From an uncultured archaeon (GTDB lineage: Archaea > Thermoplasmatota > Penumbrarchaeia > JASLWR01): 64,000 nt of DNA. The notes under the pieces were generated by a model. That model did no database searches, was not told the DNA's origin, and worked only from the letters and a program-made list of their open reading frames with translations. The position numbers were made by a program, and so were the translations under genes. Shown one piece after another: positions 48,049 to 60,546 of the stretch; position 1 is the first letter of the stretch; each line of letters begins with the position of its first letter. The DNA lies in assembly GCA_964342815.1 (NCBI GenBank), contig CAYFHS010000003.1:106741-170740 (forward strand), read 5' to 3'.

Positions 48049-51000
48049 GTTTCACACCTCCCGGCGGCCTCTTCCCTCTTCTTTTTCCCGGCGGTCTCCG
48101 CCTCGGTGGTCGACGACCCCGCCCCTCCTTTGGAGGCCTTCTGCGCCCAGGCTGCTGAGGTCGTCCGGGGGGGCGTTGCCCAGCACCATGACGCTCTTCC
48201 CCACGGGGCTGCGGCCGGGCTCCCTCTTCGGGTGACATGGGCCTTACCTCAAATCGCACACTGCCCAGCGTATCCTCTCTAATATCGTCGATGATCTTCT
48301 CTGCTTTGGTTATATGGTCGTAGACAGACAGGTTGATCTTGATAAAACCATATACGGCGCCAAAGGCTATAACACCATAAATCAACCCATAAAGGATCTT
48401 TGAAAATACAATCGAGACGCTCAATCCAGTGCTTATAAGGAAGAAAAATATCGGTATCTGAATGAAAGCTGCGATACAGGCTATAAGATAGGGTTTAAAT
48501 TTCTTATCATCGGAGATCAATTTTCTTCTTCCATGGCCTTCCTCATCTTTAGCAAAGAATTCGTACTTCAACCTGTCTTTCTTCGCCTTGGCCGTTATAA
48601 GATGCTCGATATAGGATCTTGAAGTAAAGGAAACGAACACCGCCACCGCAGAAAATACAAGGATTAAAAAGAACCAAATTATAATTTTGCCCATGGTAGT
48701 CGCTCCGCCCGAGGAAAAACCAAGGCTGTCCCAGGGGAGGGCGAACAGACTTCCGCCGAGAACGGCAGAAAAGACGCCGTAAACGAGATACAGACTCCGG
48801 TTCTCATTGAGACGACGGAAAAGGTACAAACCGCCGCCAAGTGAAAAGAACAGAAGAAGTACGCTGATAACCGGGTGCATGGTGGCATCCCTTACCACGA
48901 TGCTACCTGAAGCCTCGTTATTTCCCTCAGCATTGACTTTTGAATTGGGATTCGTTTCATATATTGCCCCATCTTCATCGATCTTTAGCACTATGTTGTA
49001 TTCCTCAACCTTTTCATCCCATTCGAGGTTCGGTATGTTCCAGATGAACTTTATGGGCCTCCTGTCCTGCTTAATGCTCTGACTTAGATTGAAGGAAATA
49101 AGAGAACCTTGGGAAGATTTCAACTCGTCATTGACATAGAGCTTGATCGTAAAGCCGCTTATGGGTACGGTTCCCACGGCGATCAGGGTGGTAGTTATCT
49201 CAAGGGTGCCGCCTTCTTCGAATTTCTCCTCATTGAACGTTATCTCACCTGTAAAATACAGGTCAGCGTAAACCACATGTGTGACTGTAGCGATACTCTC
49301 GTCCATGGATCGTGACTGGGAGGCGGCCCGGATGTCGATGAGAATATCATTCCCAATCTCATCTTTTGAGTTGGGTGAGGTTACGGTTAGCTTGAAACTT
49401 GCCGACACATAGTAATCGCTGAATGAAATTGCCAGAGAACGGGAGTCGTTCCCTTTGATTCCCGCACCTGAAAGATCGTAATTCCAATTTCGCGATTCAA
49501 GGCTTCCCTGGGTGGAGGAAGCAGTCACCATGATGCTGTCATTGCGTTGATTATCGGCCCCGGGGTAGGGAACGTTCATTATCTCGAAATCGTATTCGAC
49601 GCTCTGAACACTGCCTGATTTGGAAATATTTATATTCGCTTCCAATGCACTGGAGGAAGCAACGTTCATAAATACAATTGTGGTAACGAACTTCGTGGAA
49701 CTTCCTCTTTCCAGTGTGGTTCCGGATATAGGTGTCAGGGTGTTGGTGTACTCATCGCCAACGTAGGGGTCCAGATCGGTGCGGGGTGTGACCGAGAGGG
49801 TTATGCTTATAGAAGTTCCCGGACCCAGCTGAATATTTGAACTGGAAAGAATGCTGAAATCGGTGTAGAGCGGACCTTCGTTGTTCTCCAAGGTGATATT
49901 ATCGAATCCGTTTCCCTTATTGATCACATTAACATTATAGACGGCGGTCTTTCCGGGGAGAATATTCTTCTTCGAGATGCTCGCCGAGAGACGTGGATCG
50001 AACAATGCATTTACCTGGACCTGAACCTTGGTCACATCACTGTGGTTCGGGTCCACTCCCGATACGGTCTTCAGATTGATATTGTTTATCATATCGACGA
50101 CTATACCTTTCGCTTCCAACTGGTCTTCCATGTCCCCCTCATCTATAGCGGGAATGGTTACCTCCATATAAATCACCGTTGACTCGAAGGGGGAAACCGC
50201 CTCCTGATCTTTATCCAGAGTGACGGTCCAGTTCTCATGGGGAGAAGCTTCCGTACTGAAGTTGAAGGTATCATTACCGTTCCCGGTATTCTTTATCTGG
50301 AATGAAAATTTTATCACCGCTCCCGGAGTGCCAGTTTGCAACTCGGGCGATAGTACCGTAACTTCGATCCCCGCTCTTCTTTCCACCGAGGTGGTCATGT
50401 TCACCGTATCGGTTTTTTCCGAATTGCCCTGGGAAACGCCCTGGACCTGGACAAGGAAGGGAAGATCTGCAGATGCGAACTCTCCGGCTATTATGGTAAT
50501 ATACAACTGCTTCATCTGACCTTTCAACAGGAATATCGTGGTTACGGGAAAGTTCACCTCCCATCCGGTTGTCGTCCCATAGCTCTCCACAAGGTTCACG
50601 GTGTCGTCCCCGTTCCCCTGGTTCGTTACGTTTATGGTGTATCTTATGGATTTACCTTTTTCCACTTCCGAGGAATTGTTATTCGGATCAAGATCGATAC
50701 CAAACCCCTGGATCACATCCGTTGTGGCATTATCATAGTCGAAAACGGATTTATCGAACGTCGAGGTGACCGTCAGAGTCAAATTACTCTCAGCTCCTAT
50801 ATAGGTTGCATCTTTCAGGGCTGTTGCGGCGACATAAGGAAGTACTGATACCTCTACCTGGACGATCTCGGTCTCATCGGGTGTGATATTCATTTCTCCG
50901 CTTATCACCTTCGAAGACCAGTTATGCTCGGATGAAGTTTCAAACAAATATGTATCTTTCCCATTACCCGTATTCGTAACTGCGAACGAATAGGTAAGAT

Positions 51001-53068
51001 TATCCGTGGGTGCTCCTTGCTGGCGGATGGGGTCCTGAGTGGTAACGGTAACCCCCGCTATTTTGGTCACGTAAACATAAATCTCCAGAAAAGCCGGCTG
51101 GGCAAGGGGATCGTCACGGGGTACTACCGAAACCGAAACGTAACAGCTGCCGTTATACGGATCACGGGGTACGAATATTGTCAAACGTACCGTGCTGTCG
51201 ATCTCGCCCCCTCCCACTGAGACATTGGACTTCGATGTGTCGGCAGTCCATCTGTCGCTCTCGGAACCGAACTCCAGACCCGTCCAGTTTGCAAGGAACT
51301 TGACTGAACGGACTGTGATATCGATGGTATCGAGACTGCTCATACCGCCCAGCTTCGCATTGTTGATATTTCTTATGGAGAGATTGACATCCACTGTCTG
51401 TGTATTGGGTTTTGGGTCCACGACATCCCAGGTGGGTTCTCCCCATACATCCGCGGTACTCACTGAATTGACAGTTGTAACCACAGTTCCCGAGTCCGAA
51501 GTATGGGGCGATGAGGCTTTAAGCGTCAAATAACCGATAGCGCCCCCGTATGTATGGTCCTCGATCCTGGTCTCGTAAACCAGCTCAGGTATCATTACGC
51601 TAACGGTGATGATCTCGGATCCTTGGGGGGGAATATAGGGAGTCACATACGGCTCATCCTGTCCGCTGATATAAGCCTGCCACTTGGGAGGCGAGGTCGA
51701 CAGCTCAAGATCAAAGATGTCGCCCTTATTCCCATTATTCTTTACGGTAAACTGATAATCGATCTCTTCGCCGGGATCACCATAGGCACCCAGGGGTGGC
51801 GCTGTGACCTCAACGTCGTTGATCTCATATGTATAGATATAAGAAACGTTTGTGCGGTATACTGAGTTATTGCCTATTGAGGTTACGGTTGTGTTGACGC
51901 CATCAATACTTTCGGAATCCGTACCATCCGGAACCTGTACATCAACTGATAGAACGGCGGTGGCCCCGGGATCCACCGGACCAATTGTGCCTGTATCCGG
52001 GTTACTGGCTACCAACCACCCCTTACCCGACTGGATGAAATAAGTATAGCTGTCCGGAAGTGTTCCTATGTTCTTGACGGTGAAACGCACTTCCACCGAC
52101 GCCCCTCCCGGCTCGGCATACTCTTCCGTGGGATCCACCTCCACTTCGAAATCGTAATAATAGACCGGTGTGATGTTCACAATTATTGAACTTACATTGT
52201 TATTGCCGTTCCCGTCTCCGGGCATCATTGTGGTAACGTTTACACGGTACAATCCCGCTGCTGACGGGGTCCATACCGAAAATGTAACGAGTGCTCCACC
52301 TCCGACATTGAGCGGTGTGGTGGATGCAGGAACCGTCTTGACGTTGCTAAAATCGGAGGCGTTGGTGGTGTAGTTGAATATTTCAAATTTCACCGGGAAG
52401 TCTTGAGTAATATTACTATTTCCTGTGTTGTTGACCCATGCTTCTATAGGAAAACTGCCCATTTCGTATTTCTTCCCATCTTCGAGACTGGATATCTCCG
52501 CGCCAACGTCAGTCATGTTCTGGATCTTCACAGTAAGGTTGAAGTAATTATTATCAAGATCGGGATCATCTGGCCACCCCGCCTCGTTTGTCGTTGTGAT
52601 GTTTATAGAAAAGTTACCTTCCTGGGAGGGAGTCCACCAGAGGCTGTGGTTCCTAGTGCTGTTGATGGGTATCATGTAGTCCGACACGTTCCCCGAGGTA
52701 TTCGCCATAGCCTCAAATTGCCCCGTGTCTATGCACTTCACAGTGAAATTTACAGTTACGTTTATGGCAAAGGAATCGTTGTAATTCGCCAGTGTTATGT
52801 TGATCTCCTGCATTTGAAGGGCGTAAGTCATACCCCCTGAATGTGTGTTAACTGACTCAATAGTGGTATCGTTCCCCGGGTCTCCAAAACCACGCGAGGC
52901 CGCGGCCTGTATCTCGCCCGATGAAAATGAAAATGGCAGCACTCCGGCGGGTATCCCGATAAGAAGAATTGCGAGCACGAAGAAGATGGACCGACAAGCA
53001 GTAGCATTTGCCTGGCTCTTTTTTGCGAACAGTGCGGACCGCTCCGGGGGGTTGTGGGTGATTGGCAT
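48041..53068 (-). CDS. 1675-aa surface glycoprotein (CARDB/NEW3 Ig repeats, multi-TM anchor, Arg/Pro-rich tail)
   Basis: Signal peptide, many PG....Y.F.V.N.GN..D repeats, abundant NxS/T sequons, about five C-terminal TM helices, RRPP tail. Confidence 0.85.
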
Positions 53069-53159
53069 CTAATTCCTCTTCGAAACGATTATGGAACCGG
53101 ATAATGAGATAACTTCATCCAAACTGGTTGTCCAAGCAAATGAACAATATCTGTTTTGG

Positions 53160-53185
53160 ATACATTTTACACTTAATAAATGTAT
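53160..53185. promoter_or_regulatory. Palindrome straddling a putative TATA box upstream of the 1675-aa gene
   Basis: ATACATTT-N10-AAATGTAT; TTTATTAA on the minus strand at 53173-53180. Confidence 0.4.
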
Positions 53186-53564
53186 GTATTTGATTTTTCC
53201 TTTTCAATATAAGATATATTAACAGCATCTGCGCTTTTACGCGATTCCGGGAAGATTTTCAAACCGAGAATCTTTATTGTTTTGTCACATCGTTCCCGCT
53301 CAAAGCGTCATCCGAAAGCCCGTGATATTTGTCGAAATTACATACATTTTGTCGGGTTACCGCCCTATAAAGACACTTGAATGTACCACAACATCGGGAG
53401 CCGATAAATCAGATGAGCTGAAAGGATACCGAGAAAGCCGGGAAATGACCAGTCAAGCAGGACGAATCTTTGATTCAGTAATTTTCACAAAGACAATTTA
53501 GCCCAGCCGCTTGAATTTGAAAAGTACTTTACCCAAAACCACACCCTGAAGAAAAGTAACTGCT

Positions 53565-54119
53565 TTAATAATCCCGGCAATTCGGACAAAGCCTCCGCCC
53601 TTCTACGTCCATTAGATTGTATGAATATGTACTGCAGTCCGAACATTTTCCGGAAATGATTATGTCCGAGTAATCTCCTTCTAAAAAATTCTTCCTACGG
53701 TGTTTCCGGGATATTTCCAGCAGTTTGGGAGCCTCTCTGAAAACGTCTCTTGAACATACGATCCCGATGAGCTTCCCTCGATCCACCACCGGCATTCTCC
53801 TTATATTCAGCTTGGCCATCTTTTCGATGACACTGCTTACTGGAATTTCTGGAGATATGGATATAAGAGGATATGCCATGATCTCCGCTACGCCGACCTC
53901 GGAAGGTTTTTTATTATTGGCCACAACCTCAGTGAGAATATCCCTTTCGGTAAGTATACCCAGCAGTTTTTCCTCCTCAACGATGATTACAGAACCGATA
54001 TTTGAATCGGCCATCATTCTGGCAGCCGTTTCTATGGTTGCACCTAGTTCGATTGTCTTGACGTCCTTTATCATTAACTCGCTGATTGGCATGGCGGAAC
54101 TTATCATCATCAACACCAA
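53565..54119 (-). CDS. CBS-pair protein with a C-terminal Zn-ribbon
   Basis: Two CBS motifs (GILTERDI; RRMPVVD.G.LIGIV) and CSDC...CPNC. Start may be 54092. Confidence 0.92.
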   Translation of the reverse strand: MVLMMISSAMPISELMIKDVKTIELGATIETAARMMADSNIGSVIIVEEEKLLGILTERDILTEVVANNKKPSEVGVAEIMAYPLISISPEIPVSSVIEKMAKLNIRRMPVVDRGKLIGIVCSRDVFREAPKLLEISRKHRRKNFLEGDYSDIIISGKCSDCSTYSYNLMDVEGRRLCPNCRDY

Positions 54120-54498
54120 AATGTATGTTCTTTACCATACTGAAGAGGGCTGTCTGCTTTTTTCAGCAATTGGCAAGACATTTTATTATTCGACGCCTTT
54201 AGATAATATTCTCTCCATAAATAAACATTTACCTTTAAATGGTCGAGGGGTAAAACCGGCCGTAAGACCGACTTTGAATGCTAAAAAAACACTCCATTAT
54301 AGGTGTTGTGAGCTGTTTAGTTGGGAAACCGAAATAACAAACCCACATGACTTTTCAAGGGAAACAATTGCGTCCAAAAATTAATAAACTATGATTTTGA
54401 TGAAAGTGCCCTTCCGCGACATTGGACAAGCAAGTTAATGAAAAAATTCTTTTCACATTATTGAGAAAGCTTAGCATAGAGAAGATGGTCGGAACATT

Positions 54499-55830
54499 AT
54501 GTCTATTAGAAGGATCATGAACTCATACCGGATGGTTACCATCAACCCGTCCGCAACCCTTGCAATGGGTGAAATGGCCAAACAGCTCTCGAAAGAAGGG
54601 ATAAATGTAACTTCCTTTTCCATGGGTGAACCCGACTTCGTCACGCCTCTTCACATCAGGGAAGCCGCAAAAAAAGCACTGGACGATGGATATACCTACT
54701 ATACGCCATCCGAGGGAATCTGGGAATTGAGGATGGCGGTGGCGGAAAAGTGCGCAAAAGAGAACGAAATTCCCTGTTCCTATCAGGACGTAATAATAAC
54801 ACCGGCAAAACACGGGATATTCTCTTCGATTTTTTCCACTGTGGGAAAGGGTAGCGAGGTTATAGTTCCGGATCCTCTATGGGTGTCCTATATCCCACAG
54901 ATAGATTTGGCCGAAGCAAAACCTGTCTTTGTCCCCCTTAAATTGAAGAACAAGTTCAGAATGGTTCCCGATGATATAAACGAGAAAATAACGCCGTACA
55001 CCAAGATGATAATACTTAACTCTCCATCGAATCCCACGGGAGCCGTTCTCACCCGGGATGATCTAAAAGGTATAGCCGATCTTGCCATTGATAACGACCT
55101 TATCGTACTGGCGGATGAGATCTATGAGAAGATAATATACGATGCTAAGCATTATTCAATAGCTTCTCTACCGGATATGTTCGAAAGGACCATTACCATC
55201 AACGGGTTTAGTAAGGCCTACGCAATGACCGGGTGGAGAATGGGATGGGTGGTGGCACCTCCACCCCTTTTCAACGGGATTGCAAAAATACAACAGCATA
55301 CAATAAGCTGTGCCACTTCCTTTGCCCAAAGGGGAGCGCTGGAAGCCCTCAAAGGAACTGATGAACCCTTGAAAGAAATGGTGGCAACCTTTAGGGAAAG
55401 AAGGGATTACACGGTGAAAAGGCTTAACGATATTGAGGGAATACACTGCCTGAAACCCAAAGGGGCTTTTTACACATTCTTTTCATTTGATTTCGACATG
55501 AGCTCCATGGATTTGGCAACTCACCTTCTTAAAAAAGCACACGTGGCAATGACCCCAGGTTCCGCATTCGGACCGTCGGGGGAAGGTTTCATAAGAATGT
55601 CATATGCAAACTCGCTTGAGAACATTATAGAGGGGCTCTACAGGGTCGAGATGGCGGTACGGGATCTTCCCATCCGATGGAGAAAAAGTGACTCGGAAGA
55701 ACATGAAAACTCGCGAGAGGTTTACAAAAAAGGAAAGTTCTCGAGAGAAGACCTAAAAAAATTCCCCCATCTCCGCAAAAGCTCGACCGCAGTCGGACCG
55801 GTTCCCCTGGAAAAGAACCACAAAGATTAG
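54499..55830 (+). CDS. Class I PLP-dependent (aspartate-type) aminotransferase
   Basis: GEPDF, NSPSNPTG, DEIYE and FSKAYAMTGWRMG motifs. Confidence 0.95.
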   Translation: MSIRRIMNSYRMVTINPSATLAMGEMAKQLSKEGINVTSFSMGEPDFVTPLHIREAAKKALDDGYTYYTPSEGIWELRMAVAEKCAKENEIPCSYQDVIITPAKHGIFSSIFSTVGKGSEVIVPDPLWVSYIPQIDLAEAKPVFVPLKLKNKFRMVPDDINEKITPYTKMIILNSPSNPTGAVLTRDDLKGIADLAIDNDLIVLADEIYEKIIYDAKHYSIASLPDMFERTITINGFSKAYAMTGWRMGWVVAPPPLFNGIAKIQQHTISCATSFAQRGALEALKGTDEPLKEMVATFRERRDYTVKRLNDIEGIHCLKPKGAFYTFFSFDFDMSSMDLATHLLKKAHVAMTPGSAFGPSGEGFIRMSYANSLENIIEGLYRVEMAVRDLPIRWRKSDSEEHENSREVYKKGKFSREDLKKFPHLRKSSTAVGPVPLEKNHKD

Positions 55831-55831
55831 A

Positions 55832-56233
55832 TCATCCGAACTCATGACCGCAGTGATAACACAATGTCTGGTCGTTCTCTACTCTTTTTTGGCAGCATGG
55901 GCAAGCCTTCAGCTCCGTTCTCAATTCTTCATTAGAACGTGAAGACAGCCTTTTCCTGAAGGAATATATGATGAAAAGGCCGCCGGTAGTAATGAACACC
56001 AATCCCAGCACCAATGTACAACCGGACTTGGTAGACATTCCGTCATCGGTTTCTCCCGCGGGTGTAACGCCCAGCACCATGGTATAGATACCGGCAATAA
56101 TTATTAGAATTCCAATCCCCAAAGAAAAATATTTCAACTTCGAAGGAGCTGGTCTGCCCTCGGTCTTTTCCATTGCGTTTAGCGCCTCATTATCGTTCAA
56201 CCAAGGCGTATTGGAACCTGAAGTCCGTGGCAT
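55832..56233 (-). CDS. Two-TM membrane protein with a C-terminal zinc ribbon
   Basis: Two hydrophobic helices; CPCC...CYHCG. Confidence 0.75.
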   Translation of the reverse strand: MPRTSGSNTPWLNDNEALNAMEKTEGRPAPSKLKYFSLGIGILIIIAGIYTMVLGVTPAGETDDGMSTKSGCTLVLGLVFITTGGLFIIYSFRKRLSSRSNEELRTELKACPCCQKRVENDQTLCYHCGHEFG

Positions 56234-56257
56234 GTTCTTTTTTCCAGATTGTGCTTA

Positions 56258-57385
56258 CTACGCGTGAAGTTTGGTCAGGAAGGTCTTGATAAGCTCGATG
56301 TCCCCGCGGATATTCGCGATAAGACTGCGGACCTCGCTAATTTCCCGGTCCAAGTTCCTTTTGATCTCCTCTTGATTCTTTAATAGTGAATCCATCAATT
56401 GTTTCTGCTGTTTTTTCAGCAGGTCACTGGTATCGACATAGTTCTCTTGTACGATATCGGTAAGGTCCTTCACCTGATCGATGGTCTTGTGAGATTGAGC
56501 CGCCAGATCCGCTGCGTTCTTGTCAAGAATGACCTTGTTATCTTTCGAGAAAGAATCCATGCGGTTCCCGACTTCTGCTTTCATGTCTCCAAGATTCTTG
56601 GTCACGACGTCAGTGAGGGTCCGTGTTGCTACATGTGATTTGAGGGTGAGGTCTTCCATCTTTCCGTCGATATGGTTGAATCTCTCTTCCTCCACCTTCA
56701 TGTTGTTCTGCGCCCTCTTGTTGAGTTCGCTGTTGAAAACCTGTATGGCCTTCGCCACCCCGCTCATCTTCTCTTTCAGTGTTACACTGAAATCGCTGTC
56801 CATGGTATTGAGGAAGTTGAGGATGTTCTCTTCAACCTTTTCCATCCTGCCGCTCACCTCGTCCGTTTCAACTTCCATATTGCTTCGCAGGTTGGTGATC
56901 TCACGGGCAGTAGCTTTGATTATGCCCTTAGAGGCTTTCAGAATATCATCCCTCATGGTCAGCAGCACGTTATCGACTTCAGCCCTGACTCCCTTCACTT
57001 CACCCAGTATCTTATTCTCTCTCATGGACGATTGCTTCAGCTTCTTCGTTATATCCCTATCCATCTCAGCATTGGCCCGTTTCACCGATAATGCTATGCT
57101 TTGGGTCTCTTTTCCAAGGCGGTCGTTCAACCTGCTGAACCCAGTACTCATCTGGCCATCAAGTGCCATGTAAGTACCCTTCATGATGCCGTCAAATCGC
57201 GACATCAGCATTTCGGACAGTTCGATGGTCGAATGAAGAACCCAATGCGCATTCTTTTTGAAATCCAACAAGGGAGGATCTTCCAATCCTTTCTTCTTAC
57301 GCCATTCCTTGTCCCCTATGTTCTTGGTTTCCTGCTTCAACTGTGCTCGCATCAATCCTTTCTTGTAAGGCTCCCACTTTGCCAT
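56258..57385 (-). CDS. Long amphipathic-helix / coiled-coil hypothetical protein
   Basis: 375-aa ORF, helical throughout, no Cys, no TM or signal peptide. Confidence 0.75.
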   Translation of the reverse strand: MAKWEPYKKGLMRAQLKQETKNIGDKEWRKKKGLEDPPLLDFKKNAHWVLHSTIELSEMLMSRFDGIMKGTYMALDGQMSTGFSRLNDRLGKETQSIALSVKRANAEMDRDITKKLKQSSMRENKILGEVKGVRAEVDNVLLTMRDDILKASKGIIKATAREITNLRSNMEVETDEVSGRMEKVEENILNFLNTMDSDFSVTLKEKMSGVAKAIQVFNSELNKRAQNNMKVEEERFNHIDGKMEDLTLKSHVATRTLTDVVTKNLGDMKAEVGNRMDSFSKDNKVILDKNAADLAAQSHKTIDQVKDLTDIVQENYVDTSDLLKKQQKQLMDSLLKNQEEIKRNLDREISEVRSLIANIRGDIELIKTFLTKLHA

Positions 57386-57834
57386 TTCAATCCTTCCTTT
57401 TTGTGGTGATCGGAAATCCCATACCCCATGGATATTTAACTTAGATTTCCCTGTTCCGAATCAAAAATATGCTCGTCAAGGAATTTAACATATTATAATA
57501 TCGGACTTACATATATCTGAACCGATTATGATATAAATATTGTTTTCCTTAAAAAGAAAGGAAGAATAATCAGTTTTTCAACTTTAGAGATTCAACCGGA
57601 TCCATGGTTTCAGGCATACATTTCAAAACATCCTAATGTCGGGCCTGGCATAACTTCAAGAGAGACATTGGAAACACCTCAAAGACGTCAGGCTTGAAAG
57701 TTAAGGAACATGGGAGTAACTTTTTTGCTTTACCTACGGGTCATTCTTTCCAAAGGTAAGCCCACAACCTCCATTTCCTGGTCTCATGACGTAGTTTCAT
57801 ATTTATTATCCGAGCGGAATTGTACAAACCCAAT

Positions 57835-60546
57835 TCACGGATAATGCTCTGGCAGCAATGGTTGGTTATATTGAGGGCCCTGGGCGACCTTGGGGGCTCG
57901 GGGTACCTGGCCCGTCTGTTGTACTTGGGGAGGTCTTGGCCCGGAAGGTGCGGGGACCGGGGGGGTTTTCTGCAGAGTGGAAACACGCCACTGCTGCTGT
58001 TGCGGGTCTCTCGCCTGTGCAGGGGGCTGCCTTGGTTGCTGTACCGGAACACCGAGAGGTGGCCTTACCGCTTCTTCCTTTTTGGATTTTTTCTTGTCCT
58101 TCCCGGATTTCTTGGGTTTGGAGACCGATTCGTCCTTCAGCCCTCTTTCCTCAAGCTTTTTTGTGAACTTCTTTTCCTTCTTGTTAGCCTTGTAACGATA
58201 GCGGAAGTATATAAAAGGGAAAACCACTACCACTATTAGAGCTAAGATTCCAAGAATGAGATAGACCCAATCTCTCATGGTGGCCGCCTCCACATTGCTC
58301 TCGTCCTCTGTCTTTAGCTGGACATCCAGCGGTGCTGACTGTGAAAAACGGATCTGGTTGCCTTTGCTATCCTTGTACTCCAGTCTGACTGAAAGATTCT
58401 GAACAGTGTTATGTATGCTATTGAGATCGACCTTGTCCGCATTCATCTTGAACGTCACCGTATAGGTTCCGGATGGTTCCAGATCGAATTGCTCCGATTT
58501 GAAGACTGTACTTCCTCCGCTCTCGAACCAGTTATTATTATCCAGTAAAAGGGCAGTAACATTGGATGCCTTGCTGCCGCCGATGTTCATAAGAGTAACC
58601 TTCAGATCGAAATTCTCCTCCTCTTCTATCAAAGGAGTTTCCACCATTGCCACAACGATCTCCGGAGGCACGGGAATTATTTCCAACTCGCAAATAACTG
58701 TGATGATAATCTTCTCCTCAAGCTCGTTTCGACATTCTACCAACACAGGAATATTGTGAAATCCGATCAAATGATCACCCTCCTTTACGTCAACCATATA
58801 TGTCTGTGTAGTGGTCCACCCCGATCTCAATGTATCCACCAGATGATATTCGAAGGTTTTCGATCCCCCGGCAGGGGATATGGGAAGACTATTACTGAAA
58901 GGGATTGTGATGTTCAGCTTGGAGAGGTCATAACCGTCAACATTCTGTAGATTCACCGCCAGATTGGCTTCCACCATGGCCGGCTGCAAGCGATTGGGTG
59001 TATTCGCTTCCATATCGAGAACGGAATCCTCCACTAGAATATAGATATATGACTTGTCGTCCGGTTCCTTTTCACCACGGGCAGTCATGATATTGTGAAA
59101 TTCGTTCTCATCCGTATCAATGTCGATGGAAGAACCACCGAAGACCCCAGTATCGAAATATTTTGCGTCGTAGAGTATAGGAATTATATATCTTCCGGGG
59201 GGTATGGTATCCCGAACCCGGACCTTGAATGTCACCGATTCAGTAGCTCCTACCTCCAGCGACGCGATATCCTTTTCAGTACCAAGATCTTTCTTCACTG
59301 CGTGATTATCCTCGTCGTAGTAGAAATCGGAGGTGTAGAAATAATCCGCAGCGGACAGATCCAATGAGACAACTATCTGTATCAGATCAACATTACCTCC
59401 GTTGGTAAATATGACATCGAAAGAAAGCTCATCCTCATCTTCCTGATCTCGCTGACTAATGTGACTTGTGAGCTCCTTGCTGTCAGGAGGGGAAAGAAGG
59501 GGGGTGAAGTCAATATCCATCTTCAGTACTATGGAATTCTCGGTTACCTTTATGTCGTTCGAGTTATCTCCATCATCCCAATTACGTGTATATGAAAGAG
59601 TTAATTTCAGTTCGTACTTACCAGGTGCCGCGTCGTTCTCGACGTTTATGCGCCAGTATAATGTAGCGGTGGCCCCACCGTCCAGTTCTCCCAATGAAGC
59701 TTTGGTGTAAATCGAAGGGATCGAAATCTCACTTCCCGAATATGCGAGCGTTCCTCCGATCAAACCCACATCTCCAACCTGTGAGTTGATTCCGGTAACA
59801 CCAATTTTCTGAAGAACTGCACCGGCGTACAGGTTACCGTTGGGTGTGTCATATACAGTTACTTTCTTTTCATGGGCAACTCCCAATCCACTTTTCACTT
59901 CTATGGGAATATAAAGGTGCTCCGTACTCTCACTCAAATTGTATTCAAATTTCGCACCATTATATTCTATCCTGATGCCGTAATGGACAATTATGTACAA
60001 GGTATATTCGCCAGGGGTAACCGTGTTCTTCATATTCAGCTGGAAATCATCGAAACCGTCAGTAGCATACCAGTTCTGGTTACTGCTAATGGTGAGACCG
60101 TCACCGTCCGGTCCGTTGTAGGCGCTGCCGTACCCCGAGACAAATCCCGAGAAGGGATTCCCTGCAGTACCCGAAATAGCCTTGCCGTTCTTGTCACGGA
60201 AATCCCTTATAGATACGGTGGCTTCGAAGAGGTCGTCATTGTTGAACTGGTCATGCCCTTTATTTTCCCCTTCGTATGCGGCACCATCGTAGTCTTCGGC
60301 AATCCTTATGCGGAATTCTTCTTTGGAATCGCCGGCGTAGAAAATGTTATTGGGTGTCGCTGATGCCTCGAGATACTCAGCGGCCCTCGTCGAAGTACTG
60401 GCCGAAGCCGGTTCCAAATTTGCTATATTACTATCTTGTTCCTTACTCTCATTATCAAGTGCCTTGTAAAAAGGCCCTGCTATAAATATCAATCCAATGA
60501 TAATTGAAAGGATTGCTATCCAATGACCTGCTGGTCTTTTCGTCAT
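57835..60546 (-). CDS. COG1361-like S-layer / surface protein
   Basis: Signal anchor, repeated PG.Y.....Y and L.N.GG..A.N beta-sandwich motifs, C-terminal TM, Lys- and Pro/Gln-rich tail. Confidence 0.8.
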   Translation of the reverse strand: MTKRPAGHWIAILSIIIGLIFIAGPFYKALDNESKEQDSNIANLEPASASTSTRAAEYLEASATPNNIFYAGDSKEEFRIRIAEDYDGAAYEGENKGHDQFNNDDLFEATVSIRDFRDKNGKAISGTAGNPFSGFVSGYGSAYNGPDGDGLTISSNQNWYATDGFDDFQLNMKNTVTPGEYTLYIIVHYGIRIEYNGAKFEYNLSESTEHLYIPIEVKSGLGVAHEKKVTVYDTPNGNLYAGAVLQKIGVTGINSQVGDVGLIGGTLAYSGSEISIPSIYTKASLGELDGGATATLYWRINVENDAAPGKYELKLTLSYTRNWDDGDNSNDIKVTENSIVLKMDIDFTPLLSPPDSKELTSHISQRDQEDEDELSFDVIFTNGGNVDLIQIVVSLDLSAADYFYTSDFYYDEDNHAVKKDLGTEKDIASLEVGATESVTFKVRVRDTIPPGRYIIPILYDAKYFDTGVFGGSSIDIDTDENEFHNIMTARGEKEPDDKSYIYILVEDSVLDMEANTPNRLQPAMVEANLAVNLQNVDGYDLSKLNITIPFSNSLPISPAGGSKTFEYHLVDTLRSGWTTTQTYMVDVKEGDHLIGFHNIPVLVECRNELEEKIIITVICELEIIPVPPEIVVAMVETPLIEEEENFDLKVTLMNIGGSKASNVTALLLDNNNWFESGGSTVFKSEQFDLEPSGTYTVTFKMNADKVDLNSIHNTVQNLSVRLEYKDSKGNQIRFSQSAPLDVQLKTEDESNVEAATMRDWVYLILGILALIVVVVFPFIYFRYRYKANKKEKKFTKKLEERGLKDESVSKPKKSGKDKKKSKKEEAVRPPLGVPVQQPRQPPAQARDPQQQQWRVSTLQKTPPVPAPSGPRPPQVQQTGQVPRAPKVAQGPQYNQPLLPEHYP

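Noticed and set aside
53277-54384. Plus-strand ORFs 53277-53501 and 53725-54384
   Set aside because: One is intergenic and one is antisense to the CBS gene; neither has motifs or an SD.
55660-55830. About 50-aa C-terminal extension on the aminotransferase as a functional domain
   Set aside because: It has no motif and is as easily explained by stop-codon loss or drift.
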